From Isurus oxyrinchus (taxonomy: Eukaryota): a stretch of 64,000 nt of DNA. The notes beneath the pieces are model-generated. The model searched no databases. It had not been told where the DNA came from and saw only the letters and a list, made by a program, of their open reading frames with translations. Within the stretch, counting starts at the first letter, position 1. The number at the start of each line of letters is the position of its first letter. The DNA lies in NCBI GenBank assembly GCA_026770705.1, contig JANJGN010000026.1, positions 39,246,001 through 39,310,000 of the forward strand, read 5' to 3'. A program made the position numbers and the translations under genes. This document shows, one piece after another, positions 52,712 through 64,000 of this stretch.

Positions 52712-53011
52712 CGACACCGTCTTCGCCCACTCTCTACAGCCTGGTCTCCTCCTGTCAGCAACACAACCCCGACGGCTCCGTCACCTACGGCTGTTTGGCG
52801 ATGGACTACTCCCCAGAAATCACCAGCCTGACCTGGAAGAAAGATGGGCAGTCGATCGCTACTGGATTTAAGACTTACCCGTCAGTGAGAAACCAAAAGG
52901 GAACTTTCACCCTGAGCAGCCAGTTAACCATCACCGAGTCAGAGGGAGAATGCAGCAAAATCAAGTGTGAGGTTCGATACAGCGGCTCAGACAAGAGCAT
53001 TGAAATGCACT
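52712..53011 (+). CDS. IGHM: IgM constant exon Cmu1
   Basis: Acceptor TTCCCAG, donor T|GTAAGT, 300 nt. [52 protein letters not shown]. Confidence 0.96.
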
Positions 53012-53225
53012 GTAAGTGTTGGGGAACCTGTGAGAAACAGAAAGGCTGTGATTGACCTGTATAGAGTCTTGGCTGTAACGCATTTATAATACTCTGCATT
53101 GTTCTGATCCCTGGAAATTCCAAGTTCGTGTCCATTGACCGCAAAGAGCCTGTTAAAATATAAGAACTTATTGTATCTGTTATCAATTTCTTCTGCAAGA
53201 AATGGCTAACCTTTGTTTTTTGAAG

Positions 53226-53540
53226 GTCCTCGTCCTGACTTACCTCCAACTGTTCTCCTCACCGTGAGTTCCAGGGATGAAATCACAACCAAAAAATTTG
53301 CAACCGCCGTCTGTTCAATCATCGATTTCCGTCCGAAGCCAATCACCGTGAAGTGGCTGAAAAATGGACAACCCATGAATTCAGGAATTGTCACCTCTCC
53401 CGCCTTTGAAATGAACGGGAACTTCTCGGCGACCAGTCGGCTGCAAGTCTCCGCTGGGGAATGGTTCAGCGATGCGGTCTATACCTGTCAGGTCACTCAC
53501 CAAGGGGTCACCCAAAGTCGAAACGCCACCAAGTGTGAGG
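53226..53540 (+). CDS. IGHM: IgM constant exon Cmu2
   Basis: Phase-1 AG/GT boundaries. [41 protein letters not shown]. Confidence 0.96.
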
Positions 53541-54164
53541 GTAAGAAATACAAACTGTGGAAGCAATAGATCATTCTGCACACCGGTGTTAATCAAATCA
53601 GGAATTTATTGGAGTTAGTAGAAAGCACGAAACAACATCTAATTTACTATCATATAGTTGGTGTTTCATTCCGATGTAAGGGCTGCATTCGGATTATTCA
53701 CCATTCAGGATTTGATCACATCACGTCTCTGCACTGACGTCATAGAGTGTGTGAGGTGGACTTGATATCAGCTTTACCTTGAGTCAGCTGATCATATTTG
53801 GAGAGGCAGAAGGTGTCTGGAACCCTTCACTGGTAACAGCTTCGAGACAGAGTGTTGGAAAGTGCACCCACCCTTTTTATAAAACATATTTCAGTCCTGC
53901 ATTCCAGGGCCCAGGAATGATACATTTGTATTGGGAATGGGGCAACGCAGATTTATGAGAATGTTACCGGGGCTGAACGACTTAAATTATGAGAACAATT
54001 TACACAGACCAAGCTGGTTTTCCATTGTGTAAAGAAGATTAAAAACGATAGTTAGAGGTTGATATGTCCAAGGTGCTTTATTCTCCTTCAGGGAGTGAAG
54101 ACTGAATACTGCTGTCCTGCTTCTGAAAGTGAAACTTTGGTTGATTTTCATTTCTGTCTCACAG

Positions 54165-54476
54165 GTGATCACCAATGCCTCAACGATCCCACAATTACTC
54201 TATTGCCACCTCCAATAGAACAAGTCTTACTGGAGGCGACCGTGACCTTAACCTGCATCGTTTCTAATGCTCCTTATGGAGTCCTCGTGTCCTGGACACA
54301 AGAGAAGAAGCCTTTGAAATCAGAGATTGCCGTCCAACCGGGAGAGGATCCCGACAGCGTGGTCAGCAACGTAAACATCTCGACACAAGCCTGGCTGAGT
54401 GGGGCTGAGTTCTACTGCGTGGTGAGCCATCAGGATCTGCCGACTCCTTTAAGAAGTTCCATCCACAAGGAACCAG
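54165..54476 (+). CDS. IGHM: IgM constant exon Cmu3
   Basis: CACAG acceptor, G|GTGAG donor. [42 protein letters not shown]. Confidence 0.96.
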
Positions 54477-55190
54477 GTGAGCGGTGAGATTGAAGCAATA
54501 AGTTGTTCAATGTGTCTATTTCCAGTGTAAATGTAAGGATCAATATTTACTATTCAGTGTATTCATGGTCTACTCTGATTAGCAATTTCGCCAACGAAAC
54601 GCCCTGGGCCTGTGGACTTTCAGGAGGAAATTGATAAGTAGATGAATGAACAATGAATTGAAGGCTGTGCCATTGGGTTTAGATGAAGCAAGATGGGAGG
54701 AGCCTGGTGCGAAGCTGAAACACCAACATGGACCAGTTGGGCAGAATGGCCTGTTTCTATGCTGTAAACTTTGAGAAACTTTCTCGTCCAACCCTATAAG
54801 TTCTCAAGGAAAAGGATTGTGCCACCTCTGCTCCGAGCTGGAAAGCCGGACAGATCCCAAACTATTTTATTTATTAATTCATGGGATGTGGGCGTCGCTG
54901 GCTGGGCCAGAGTTATTGCCCATCCCTAATTGCCCTTGACAAGGTGTTGGTGAGCTGCCTTCTTGAACTGCTGCAGTCCATGTGGTGTAGATACACCCAC
55001 AGTGCTGTTAGGAAGGGAGTTCCAGGATTTTGATTCAGCTATAGTGAAGGATCGGTGATATATTTCCAAGAAGTGGATAATGAAAAACCTTAATATTCAT
55101 CACAAAACACGTTACTCTCACATCTAACCAGTGGTTTCATTGTCTATGAATGTATCCAGTTTATTAACATTTATTGTACATTTTCTGCAG

Positions 55191-55582
55191 TTAAAGACCC
55201 GCGGGAACCGTCCGTGTCTGTCCTCCTGCCCTCGGCAGAACATGTCTCCGCTCAGGGATTCGTCTCCCTCAGCTGCTTAGTGACAGGTTTCTCCCCGCGA
55301 GAGATTTTCATCAAGTGGACCGTCAATGACAAGCCGGTGAATCCCGGAAACTACAAGAACACCGAGGTGGTGGCAGAGAACGGCAATCGCTCCTTCTTCA
55401 TGTACAGCCTGTTATCCATTGCAGCGGAGGAGTGGGCCAGCGGCGCTTCTTACTCCTGTGTGGTGGGACATGAAGCGATCCCCTTGAAGATCATCAACAG
55501 AACGGTTGATAAATCCAGCGGTAAACCGAGTTTTGTGAACATTTCCCTTGCACTGATGGACACCGTTAATTCATGTCAATGA
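55191..55582 (+). CDS. IGHM: IgM Cmu4 plus secretory tailpiece; internal donor at 55520/55521 for the membrane form
   Basis: [48 protein letters not shown]|GTAAAC. The tail [19 protein letters not shown] carries an N-glycan site and the penultimate Cys. Confidence 0.97.
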
Positions 55583-55609
55583 GAATCTCTCGGTTACATT
55601 TCAAACTTC

Positions 55610-55615
55610 AATAAA
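55610..55615 (+). terminator. Secretory-form polyadenylation signal
   Basis: AATAAA 28 nt after the stop, with GT/T-rich sequence downstream. Confidence 0.8.
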
Positions 55616-56024
55616 AAATAATAAAGTCCTTTTCTCCAATCGTGATTTAAATACACAGTCGTTTAAGTCATATTGTTTTCCAATTTTGCTAATTTTAGAC
55701 GTGTTTTGTTAAAATCGGATACTCACAGGGCTCAGACCCAAGTCTTGTACATCCAGTGCTCCCAGCTCAGATACACCCTGGGTTAGAGACAGAGTAAAGC
55801 TCATTCATTACAGGATTCTGCAAAATAGCTTCACCAGCTCTCCTCCAGCTGAGGAGAAATCTGACAATTTCTCATTTCCAATAAACAAACACAGCACATT
55901 TAGATCTCGGTGTTCCTGCTTCTCTTGTCTTCCATCCCTTTAAAATGGATGTCAGCTTTAAGCTTCTGCACCACACCCACGGGGAACTGAAGTGAGGGTC
56001 ACGCAGAAATATGTCCCAACAATC

Positions 56025-56545
56025 CCCCATCAGAGAGACGGGGAAGGGAAATTGTTACCCCATTGCACCTCCACCTCCCCAACAGAGAGAGGGGGAGCGG
56101 AAATTGCTAACCCACTGTACCCCGACTTCTCCAACAGAGAAAGGGGAGGGGAAATTGTTAACCCAATGTACCCCCACTTCCCCAGAGAGAGTGGAAGGGG
56201 ACATTGTTAAACCACTGCACCTTCACTTCCACAACAGCAGGTGGTGGTGGGGGGGAATTGTTTAACCACTGTACCCCCACTTTCCCAACAGAGAGAGGGG
56301 AAGGCAAACTGGAAAACCACTGTACCTCCACTTACCTGAGATAGAAAACTGAAAGGAAAATTTTAAGCCAATTTTATCTCCACTTGCTAAACAAAAAGAC
56401 AAGGAAGGCCATTGGTTAACCCGGTGTGTCTCCACCTTCTCAACAGAGAGAACCGAAAGGGAAATTGCTTAGACAACCAGACAGAGCAAAACTATTAACT
56501 CACTGGACCCTCAGTCCCCTAGTAGAGAATCTGGAAGGGAATGGG
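56025..56545 (+). repeat. ~50-bp minisatellite, degrading 3'
   Basis: Repeated CAGAGAGAGGGGGAGGGGAAATTGTTAACCCACTGTACCCCCACTTCCCAA. Confidence 0.8.
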
Positions 56546-56949
56546 TCTCTACTATAAGGACGCAGTTAACAACAGTCGAAGTCAGCTTCTAGCTTACTGG
56601 CCACAGATTTTAAACTCCCATCATGCTTGGGATGTTGTAAAAACGTCTACTTATGCAACATAACTTGAAGATGTTTTAACACTCTTGCCCTGTTAAGCTT
56701 ATGCTAAGATTGATTTCCCATCATCCAAATCTAAACTGGTGACTGAATCCTCCCTGGGTTGTTCAAGGTTCTGTCCCTGAATTTTTATGAGGCACATGGT
56801 TGATTCTTTGCATTCGTTCATCTGATATCACCTTGCATCTCACAGAAAACATGTTTATACACAGAACTTTGAAAATATTCACCGGATTTTTCACCGTCAA
56901 GGTCAGACTCGATCATTGGTATCTGGTGAACTTTGGAAAAATAGTAAAA

Positions 56950-58000
56950 ATACACACAGCTGACACAAATTGACAAACAAAAAACACGTCTACACACACA
57001 CATAGGCACAGACACACAGACACAAACGCACACAGGTACAAGCAGACACATGTACACCAACACATGCGGAACCACACAAAGACAGGCAGACACACATAGA
57101 CAAATATACACACACGTGCACACACACGCAGACACACACGCACACAATCACAAACACATGGACACAGACGCACAAACATACACAGACACACACGTACACA
57201 CATAAACAAATACACACGCACAATCACACACATTCATAAACACACACACAATCACACACATTCGGAAATACACACACTGACACACTCGCTCACACACATA
57301 TACACAATCACAAACACACACAAACAGATAAAACCAGACAAGCAGACTCATACAAGGATACAAAGCACAAATGTAACTTTTAGCATATGCATTATCACAC
57401 GTTCACAATGAAAGAAATACAGACAGAAAGACACATACGATCGTACTCATTAAAACAATGCATGGACATACAGTAACACATGCACACACATGAGCAGACA
57501 ACACCCAGATACAAAAACACAGAGGAACCGACTAACACATTCACAGACACCCATGTGGACACAAACATGAACATACTCATACACACTAGAACACAAAAAA
57601 CACACGTTGGTACATATGAAAACATAAACACGCATTGATACATAGTTCTAAATATCGATCAACACACAAATGCACACATTAAAAACCCTATTTCTCTCTC
57701 GCTGTGTCATACACACAGACGCTGTGACACAGACATTAATATGCTGACACACAGTGGAACACAAAAAGACACATTAACACTCATATTAGCAGGCAGGAAC
57801 TCGTAAACACAAATTAACTCAGATAGTAATAAGTCAACATAGACAACAATACACAAACACGCACAATAACACACTCATACATACACATCAGCAGAAAAAC
57901 CAAATATACATACAGACGCAGACACAAAAATACACAAATCAGCACTCATTAGCACATGAACACACATATTAACACACATGCACACCTATGGACACACAAG
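56950..58000 (+). repeat. CA-rich low-complexity tract
   Basis: Seen directly. Confidence 0.9.
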
Positions 58001-58598
58001 CAACCAGTAATGCAAAGTGCGAGATACTCGTGCAGACACTCACAAAAGCTAAAACACAACACAGAGGCCAGGCTATTGAAAGTATAATTCAAATGTACTT
58101 TTCTAACGGGCATATCCTCCGGCAATTGTCTCTATTACATAATAACCCAATAAACACTCTGAAACAATGCTCCTACTGAGAAACTGATTTAAATTAATGA
58201 TGCACCAAACATTCCCATCACAAATAGACAAACAAGATGGGAACTCACATCCGAGATTATAAAAAGCAACGTCCACAGTTTCCAAATAAGTAGCTCAGTG
58301 AATCTCTCCCGATACCCATCATAATATTCTCCAATAATAGATCATATGAAATTGTTCGAAAATAACCTGATACTGGAGAAAATTTGCCATATTTTCTGAC
58401 ATGGACTGTATAAAGATTGTAAAGGGAGAACAGCTGTGGAGATAGTTACAGAGATGGGTTACTGAGTGTCACTTAATAGTAGATATACATTGAACATTGA
58501 ATACATTAATAACTTATGACAGAGTAAAGGAAATATTTTTAAAATGATAGCCTAGATTAATAAACAATCTAATTATATTTCCTCATATATTCCCGTAG

Positions 58599-58726
58599 AT
58601 TCCACAGACCGCATCTGGATTGAAGACTCTGAGGATGATAACGGCAACATCTGGACAACTGCTTCCACATTCATCATCCTGTTCTTCCTGAGCATTTTCT
58701 ACAGCACTGCCGTCACTCTGGCGAAG
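58599..58726 (+). CDS. IGHM: IgM transmembrane exon TM1
   Basis: (D)[42 protein letters not shown] with CART motif; TAG acceptor, AAG|GTGAGA donor. Confidence 0.95.
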
Positions 58727-58864
58727 GTGAGAAGATTCAATCCACTCACACTTCAAACTGACAGAAGCGGTTTGAAATATCTCTCAATGTTTCATTGATT
58801 AGAACTCTAACATAAGTGTCCCAGATTATAAACATCTGCTTCATTATTTCATCCTCTTTTACAG

Positions 58865-58873
58865 ATCAAGTGA
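58865..58873 (+). CDS. IGHM: IgM TM2 exon (I-K-stop)
   Basis: Polypyrimidine tract plus TTTTACAG|ATC AAG TGA. Confidence 0.9.
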   Translation: MK

Positions 58874-59288
58874 CCGGTTGAATTTTGGACACCATAGATT
58901 TTCCTCAGCTCTTTATTGAGATCTCTGTATTCCGAATTTAAAATATATCCTCTCGGTGACTGTAAAAATGAAATACCTTCAGTTTCTGTTTCCCAATTTG
59001 TAACTGAGACAATCATGAACAGTATTTCCGTTTCTCTGTTTCAAACGTGCGAGATAATCGTGATTCATTGCAACAGCAGCTTATAATTTCCCACTAGTTT
59101 GAATTCCCTGTGTAAATAAGTAACTTTTCTCATTCCTCATTCACAATTAATCCCTTCCCTTTATATTGAGCTCCTGTTTTCTCTTTCTGGTGTCTGTTAC
59201 AGTTGTACACGCAGTTGGCAGCTCAGAGTGAATGTGCTCTGTTCTCAATGTGACCCTCAGTCATTATATTCACTTCAGTTAACTTTAA

Positions 59289-59330
59289 AATAAACTTTTC
59301 TGTAAAATGTTCCCTGAAATTGTTAATAAA
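59289..59330 (+). terminator. Membrane-form polyadenylation signals
   Basis: AATAAA at 59289 and 59325. Confidence 0.6.
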
Positions 59331-60514
59331 TCATGAATGTGAAACGAACTGACTTTGCTGAACTCCTTTCTCTCAGACCCATCGACACCGCTCCATTTTC
59401 CCTATTACACAGCTTTCCCCCCTTCTCCCAAGCAGGCATTTTTAACCAGTCTTGTCTGGGATCTGAAACAAAAACAGAAAATGTTGGAAAAACTCAGCAG
59501 GTCTCAGCATCTGTGGAGACAGAAAACGGAGTTAACGTTTCGAGTCCTCATGACTTCTTCAGAGCCCGAGATCCTTCAGTGAAAGAGTCACCGCGCCACC
59601 CAGCGGCCCATCGGTGTTAATACACCTTTACCTCTGCCTTTTTATGGCAAATTCCAGAGGCAAAATGATTGCACAGCGAGGAGAATCTCGGTGATTTCAC
59701 TCATACTCAGGCCTCTCACAGTCACATGTCAGGTAATTGTAAACAGCAGGGATCAGCTTAATCCGAGGTCCATATAGGACAGTATATGGAGGATGAAAGT
59801 TTCCTTTACACTGTCTCATTAAACACTCCCAGCGTCGGTGCAGCAGGGTTTAGATAGAGAGAAAAAGTTTTGTTTTTCCCCTCTTTATCCTTTCATGAGA
59901 TATGGGTGTCGCTGGCAAGGCTGCTCTGAACAGTCCGCCTTCCGAGGCCATTTCAGAGGGCAGTTAACTGTCAACCGCATTGCTGTGGACCTGGAATCAG
60001 ATGTCGGCCACGCCAGAAGAAGATGACAGATTTCCTCCCCGAAAGGACTTGAGTGCAGCAGATGGGTTTTTACGACAATCGGTGATAGCTGTCATGGTCA
60101 CCATCACTGAGGCCAGTTTTCAATTCCAGATTTTATTAATTGAACTCACATTCCAGCAGCTGCCATGTTGGGATTTGAAGCCCAGCCCCCAGAGCATTCA
60201 CCTGGACTCTCTGTACCTTGTCCGATTAAATACTCACAAGGCAGAGTCGTCACAGGCCGCCTTCTCAAGTCTATTAGGGATGGGCAAAAAATGCTGGCCC
60301 AGTCAGCCGTGCCCACATCGCATAAACGAATAACAAAAAATACGTATATACTACAGACGGTACAGTTGATACAAACCATTGGATGATTCCTAGAGACTAG
60401 GGCTGATCGAAGAGCAATTCTGCAAATTATTTCCACAGTTTGGGGCTTATCAGGGACACCAGGGAGCACAAATCGTGGAAATTCCCAAGCACTGCGGCCT
60501 GCCTGATGCAACAA

Positions 60515-60950
60515 ACAACTGAACTCACTAAGCATCTCCCCAGGGATCCTCTCTTCCTGTTCCATTCCGTCTGATACCATCCTCCTGAATTCACTGAGCA
60601 TCACCCCAGGGGTCCTCTCTCCCTGCTCCATTCCCTCTGACACCATCCTCCTGAAAATCACCCCAGGGGTCCTCTAACCCTGCTCCATTCCCTCTGACAC
60701 CATCCTCCTGAACATCACCCCAGAGATCCTCTCTTCCTCCTCCATTACCATCCTCCTGAACTCACTGAGCATCACCCCAGAGATTCTCTCTCCCGGCTCC
60801 ATTTCCTCTGATACCATCCTCCTGAATTCATTGAACATCACCCCAGGGATCCTCCCTTCCTGCTCTATTCCCTCCATTACCATCCTCCTGACCTCTCTGA
60901 ACATCACCCCAGGGATCCTCCCTTCCTGCTCCATTCCCTCTGATACCAGC
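60515..60950 (+). repeat. 54-66-bp minisatellite, about 7 units
   Basis: Repeated CCATCCTCCTGAA(CTCACTGAG)CATCACCCCAGGGATCCTCTCTTCCTGCTCCATTCCCTCTGATA. Confidence 0.9.
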
Positions 60951-61072
60951 TCAAATGGGAAGCTTCAACTCTCACTCCACTGATTCTGGCAGAGGCTGTT
61001 AAGCGTTTTCAGTTTTAAACCAATAATAAGAACTCTCTGTTTAAGCAGTGTGACATGAGCAAAGAACCCTCA

Positions 61073-61144
61073 TTCCCAAACCAGAAATTTAATCTGGGCT
61101 GCGGCGTTGAAAGGGCCAAATTCTAACCACATGGCCACCAGGGA
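61073..61144 (-). pseudogene. tRNA-Glu(TTC) pseudogene
   Basis: Minus strand TCCCTGGTGGCCATGTGGTTAGAATTTGGCCC-TTTCA-ACGCCGCAGCCCAGATTAAATTTCTGGTTTGGGAA, 72 nt and colinear with vertebrate tRNA-Glu. The T-loop/B-box is mutated. Confidence 0.75.
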
Positions 61145-61584
61145 TGTTATCCTTGTGTTTTGATAAATGATACTTTTGCCATTTTTTTCATTTCAAGCTG
61201 CTTTATCCAGAGACAAAATGACCTATTTAGCCAACTCAACAACCATTGCCATTGGCTGGAACATGAAATTGACAGTGTGGTGAAATAGTACCAAAAGCTG
61301 TGAATTGCAAATTCAATTTCCAAAACCCACCAATCTAATCACTGCAGCTCTTGTGCAACTTGCAAGGCAACACACGACAGACATTCATCATCGAAAGTAA
61401 TTGACCGACATAAAATTCTTCCACTCTCATGTTACATCTTCTAACTCCTAACCTCCACCTCAGTCATTTCCAGTTCTATTTAATACCCATTTGGAACTTT
61501 AACTCTGCTCCTCATTCCACGGATTTTGGCCGACTTGCTATGCATTTTATATTATAATAAAGCCATGAATTTGTGCTCTAATAA

Positions 61585-62460
61585 AAACAGGGGTGCTGAA
61601 GTTCCCAGCAGGTCTGGCAGCATCTGTGGAGACAGAAACAGGTTGAATGTTTTCAGGCCATATGGCACTTCTTCAGACCTGAAAGGAGATAGAAATGTGA
61701 TGGGATTTATGCTGCTGATGGGGCGGAGGGCTGGGGGGGGCGGTTAAGAAAATGGAGCAAAAACGTTCAGGGATAGGTTGGAGGTCAGGAGAGATTAAAT
61801 GACAAAGATATCATGGAACACAAGTCAAAGGCAAAGGAAATTATATTATTAATTATGAAAGTAGGTATTAATATCTAGACAAAGGTCAGCACTGACTGGA
61901 AGCAAAATAGCAGAATGTGTTAATTGCAGAAAAAGGGTCGGCGCTGTCTGAAAGCAAACATGAGAACAAGATGCAGGCTGGCACTTGGGGGGTGGGAGGC
62001 TGCAGGGAAATTAAAATGGAGGATGGAGTTGATGGTGTGAATCTGTTGACCTCAATGTTGAGTCCAGAAGGCTGTAGAGTGCCTATTGAGAAGATGAGGT
62101 GCTGTTCCTCCAGTTCGCATTGAGCTTCACTGGAACATTGTAGAAGGCCGAGGACAGAAATGTGAGTGTGAGCGAGATGGTGACAGGCAGGTCTGGGTTA
62201 TGCTTGTGGACTGAGTGAAAGTGTTCCACAAAGCGGACAGTCAGTCTGTGTTTACTCTCCCCATTGTAGAGGAGACCACATTGAGGGCAATGAATGCAAC
62301 AGCCTGAATTGCATGAAGTGCAAATAAATCTCTGCTTCATCTGGAAGGAGCGTTTGAAACCTTGGAGGGAGGTGGGAGGAGGTAAAGGGGCAGGTGTTAC
62401 ACCTCCTGCAATTGCATGGGAAGGTGCCATGGGAAGGGGATGAGATGTTGGGGGTGATAG
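61585..62460 (-). mobile_element. Old Penelope fragment (GIY-YIG plus 3' end)
   Basis: CIHCPQCGLLYNGESKHRL..RFVEH remnants. Confidence 0.85.
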
Positions 62461-62507
62461 TGTTTTTTGAATCAGAAATTGGTTTCTGGTTGTGATATTT
62501 TGCACTA

Positions 62508-62573
62508 CAGCGAGACCAGGAATCAAACCTGGGCGATGAGAACACCAGATCATAACCACTAGGTCACCAGGGT
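62508..62573 (-). pseudogene. tRNA-Glu(CTC) pseudogene
   Basis: Minus strand CCCTGGTGACCTAGTGGTTATGATCTGGTGT-TCTCA-TCGCCCAGGTTTGATTCCTGGTC, with a short deletion after the anticodon arm. Confidence 0.68.
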
Positions 62574-63139
62574 GCTTGTGAATCATCCTGTTTAGAGAAT
62601 TCAGCTGTCAACCAGAGCATTGGTGGTTTGACACCATCTAGGGCCAGTAGAATCTCTCTATTCCTGCTTCTAATTATATTACAGACACAGTTCTGCTTTG
62701 AGTCCTTTGGTTACAAGGAAATGTTGCCCTAACTTTGCCAGCCCTGCTGTTATCCAGTAGGTTCCCAGGCTAATAGTTATATGAATTTTTATTTCAAAGA
62801 AATGAGATAAATTAGAGCAAACATGTGCATAACATCCAACTCGTTGGGTTCAAAGCATCAAATAGAAATTGATATAGAAACAAAAATAGCTGGAAAAGCT
62901 CAGCAGGTCTGACAGCATCTGCAAAGAGGAACACAATTGATGTTTTGAGTCTGTATGACTCTTTGAATAGACTCTCAAATAGAAATTGATTCTGTGATTG
63001 CACAAATAGAACTGGAACACACCATCGCACCGAGTGAATCCGTTGTCTGTTTACATGTTGCTCAGTGAAAATTTCAATCATCCTTGACTTTGTGGCATTC
63101 GGGTACTGAATCGGTAAGCAGTCTATACTCAAAGGGCAT

Positions 63140-63720
63140 GTGAACATACGAATTAGGAGCAGGACTGGGCCACTCGGCCCTTCAAGCCTGTTCCACCATT
63201 TTATAAGATCATGGCTAACCTTTCAGCCCCTTGTTATATCTACCTATCTCTGCCTTAAAAAGATTCAAAGACTCTGCTTCCACTGCCTTTTGAAGGAGAG
63301 AGTTACAAATACTCATGATGCTCTGAGAGAAAAAGAATTCTCTCATCTCTGTCTTAAATGAGCGAACTCCTATTTTTAAACAGTGACACCTAGTTCCAGA
63401 TTCTCCCACAAGAGGAAAGATCCTCTTCACACCCACCCTGTCAAAACTCCTCAGGATCTGAAAGATTCCGATCAAGTCGCCTCTTAGTTTTCTAAATTCC
63501 AGCGGATACAGGCCTAGCCTGTCCACCCTTTCCTCATAAGACAGCCCGCCTATCTGTGATATTAGTCCAGTAAGCCTTCCCTGAATGACTTCTAACGCAT
63601 TTATATCTTTCCTTAAATAAGGAGGCCAACACTTTCCACAGCACTCCAGATATGGTCACACCGGTGTCCTGTACAACTGAACCATAACCTTCTTACTTCA
63701 ATTCCCCTCATAGTGAATGA
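63140..63720 (-). mobile_element. CR1 LINE 3' fragment
   Basis: ORF DRLGLYPLEFRKLRGDLI..FFSQ..NSLLQKAVEA. Confidence 0.88.
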
Positions 63721-63751
63721 TTACGTTCAATCCTAATTACTGAATCCTCAT

Positions 63752-64000
63752 TAGTGAAGCAACATTTCACTTGCATTTCCCCCAACTTAGTCTACTGCAT
63801 TCGTTGCTCCCAATGTGGTCTCCTCTACATTGGAGAGACCAAACGTAAACTGGGCGACCGCTTTGCAGAACACCTGCGGTCTGTCCGCAAGAATGACCCA
63901 AACCTCCCTGTCGCTTGCCATTTTAACACTCCACCCTGCTCTCTTGCCCACATGTCTGTCCTTGGCTTGCTGCATTGTTCCAGTGAAGCCCCAAGCAAAC
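63752..64000 (+). mobile_element. Young Penelope fragment (GIY-YIG region), runs off the window
   Basis: Near-identical to 26272-26520. Confidence 0.9.

Noticed and set aside
53735-53742. Perfect CRE TGACGTCA in the Cmu2-Cmu3 intron
   Set aside because: A single 8-mer is expected by chance in 64 kb; no supporting context.
60146-60934. Repeat protein ORFs (MEQEERIPGVMLSEFRRMVSEG)
   Set aside because: Minisatellite translation, broken by a stop, with no splice or gene context.

Overview
Eukaryotic, repeat-rich DNA from a cartilaginous fish, most likely a shark. The main feature is one complete, unrearranged, apparently functional IgM heavy-chain cluster on the + strand (about 40.1-59.3 kb). 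Its order is leader - VH(23-RSS) - D1(12/22) - D2(12/12) - JH(23) - 10.8 kb intron - Cmu1-4 with secretory tail - TM1 - TM2. The upstream 40 kb holds a 27/54-bp satellite with a ~10 kb young array, many CR1, RTE and Penelope fragments and SINEs, and a recent Penelope insertion with an inverted arm, a 14-bp TSD and a hammerhead-like motif. Best leads: (1) a ~1.7 kb G-rich, switch-region-like tandem repeat on the non-template strand of the JH-Cmu intron; (2) an ancient inverted paralog of the VH upstream flank at the left end, hinting at a divergently oriented sister cluster; (3) a duplicated module just 3' of JH, where an intronic enhancer would sit; (4) two decayed tRNA-Glu copies 3' of the cluster. 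Ig exon and RSS coordinates were read base by base; repeat boundaries are approximate. No database search was run.
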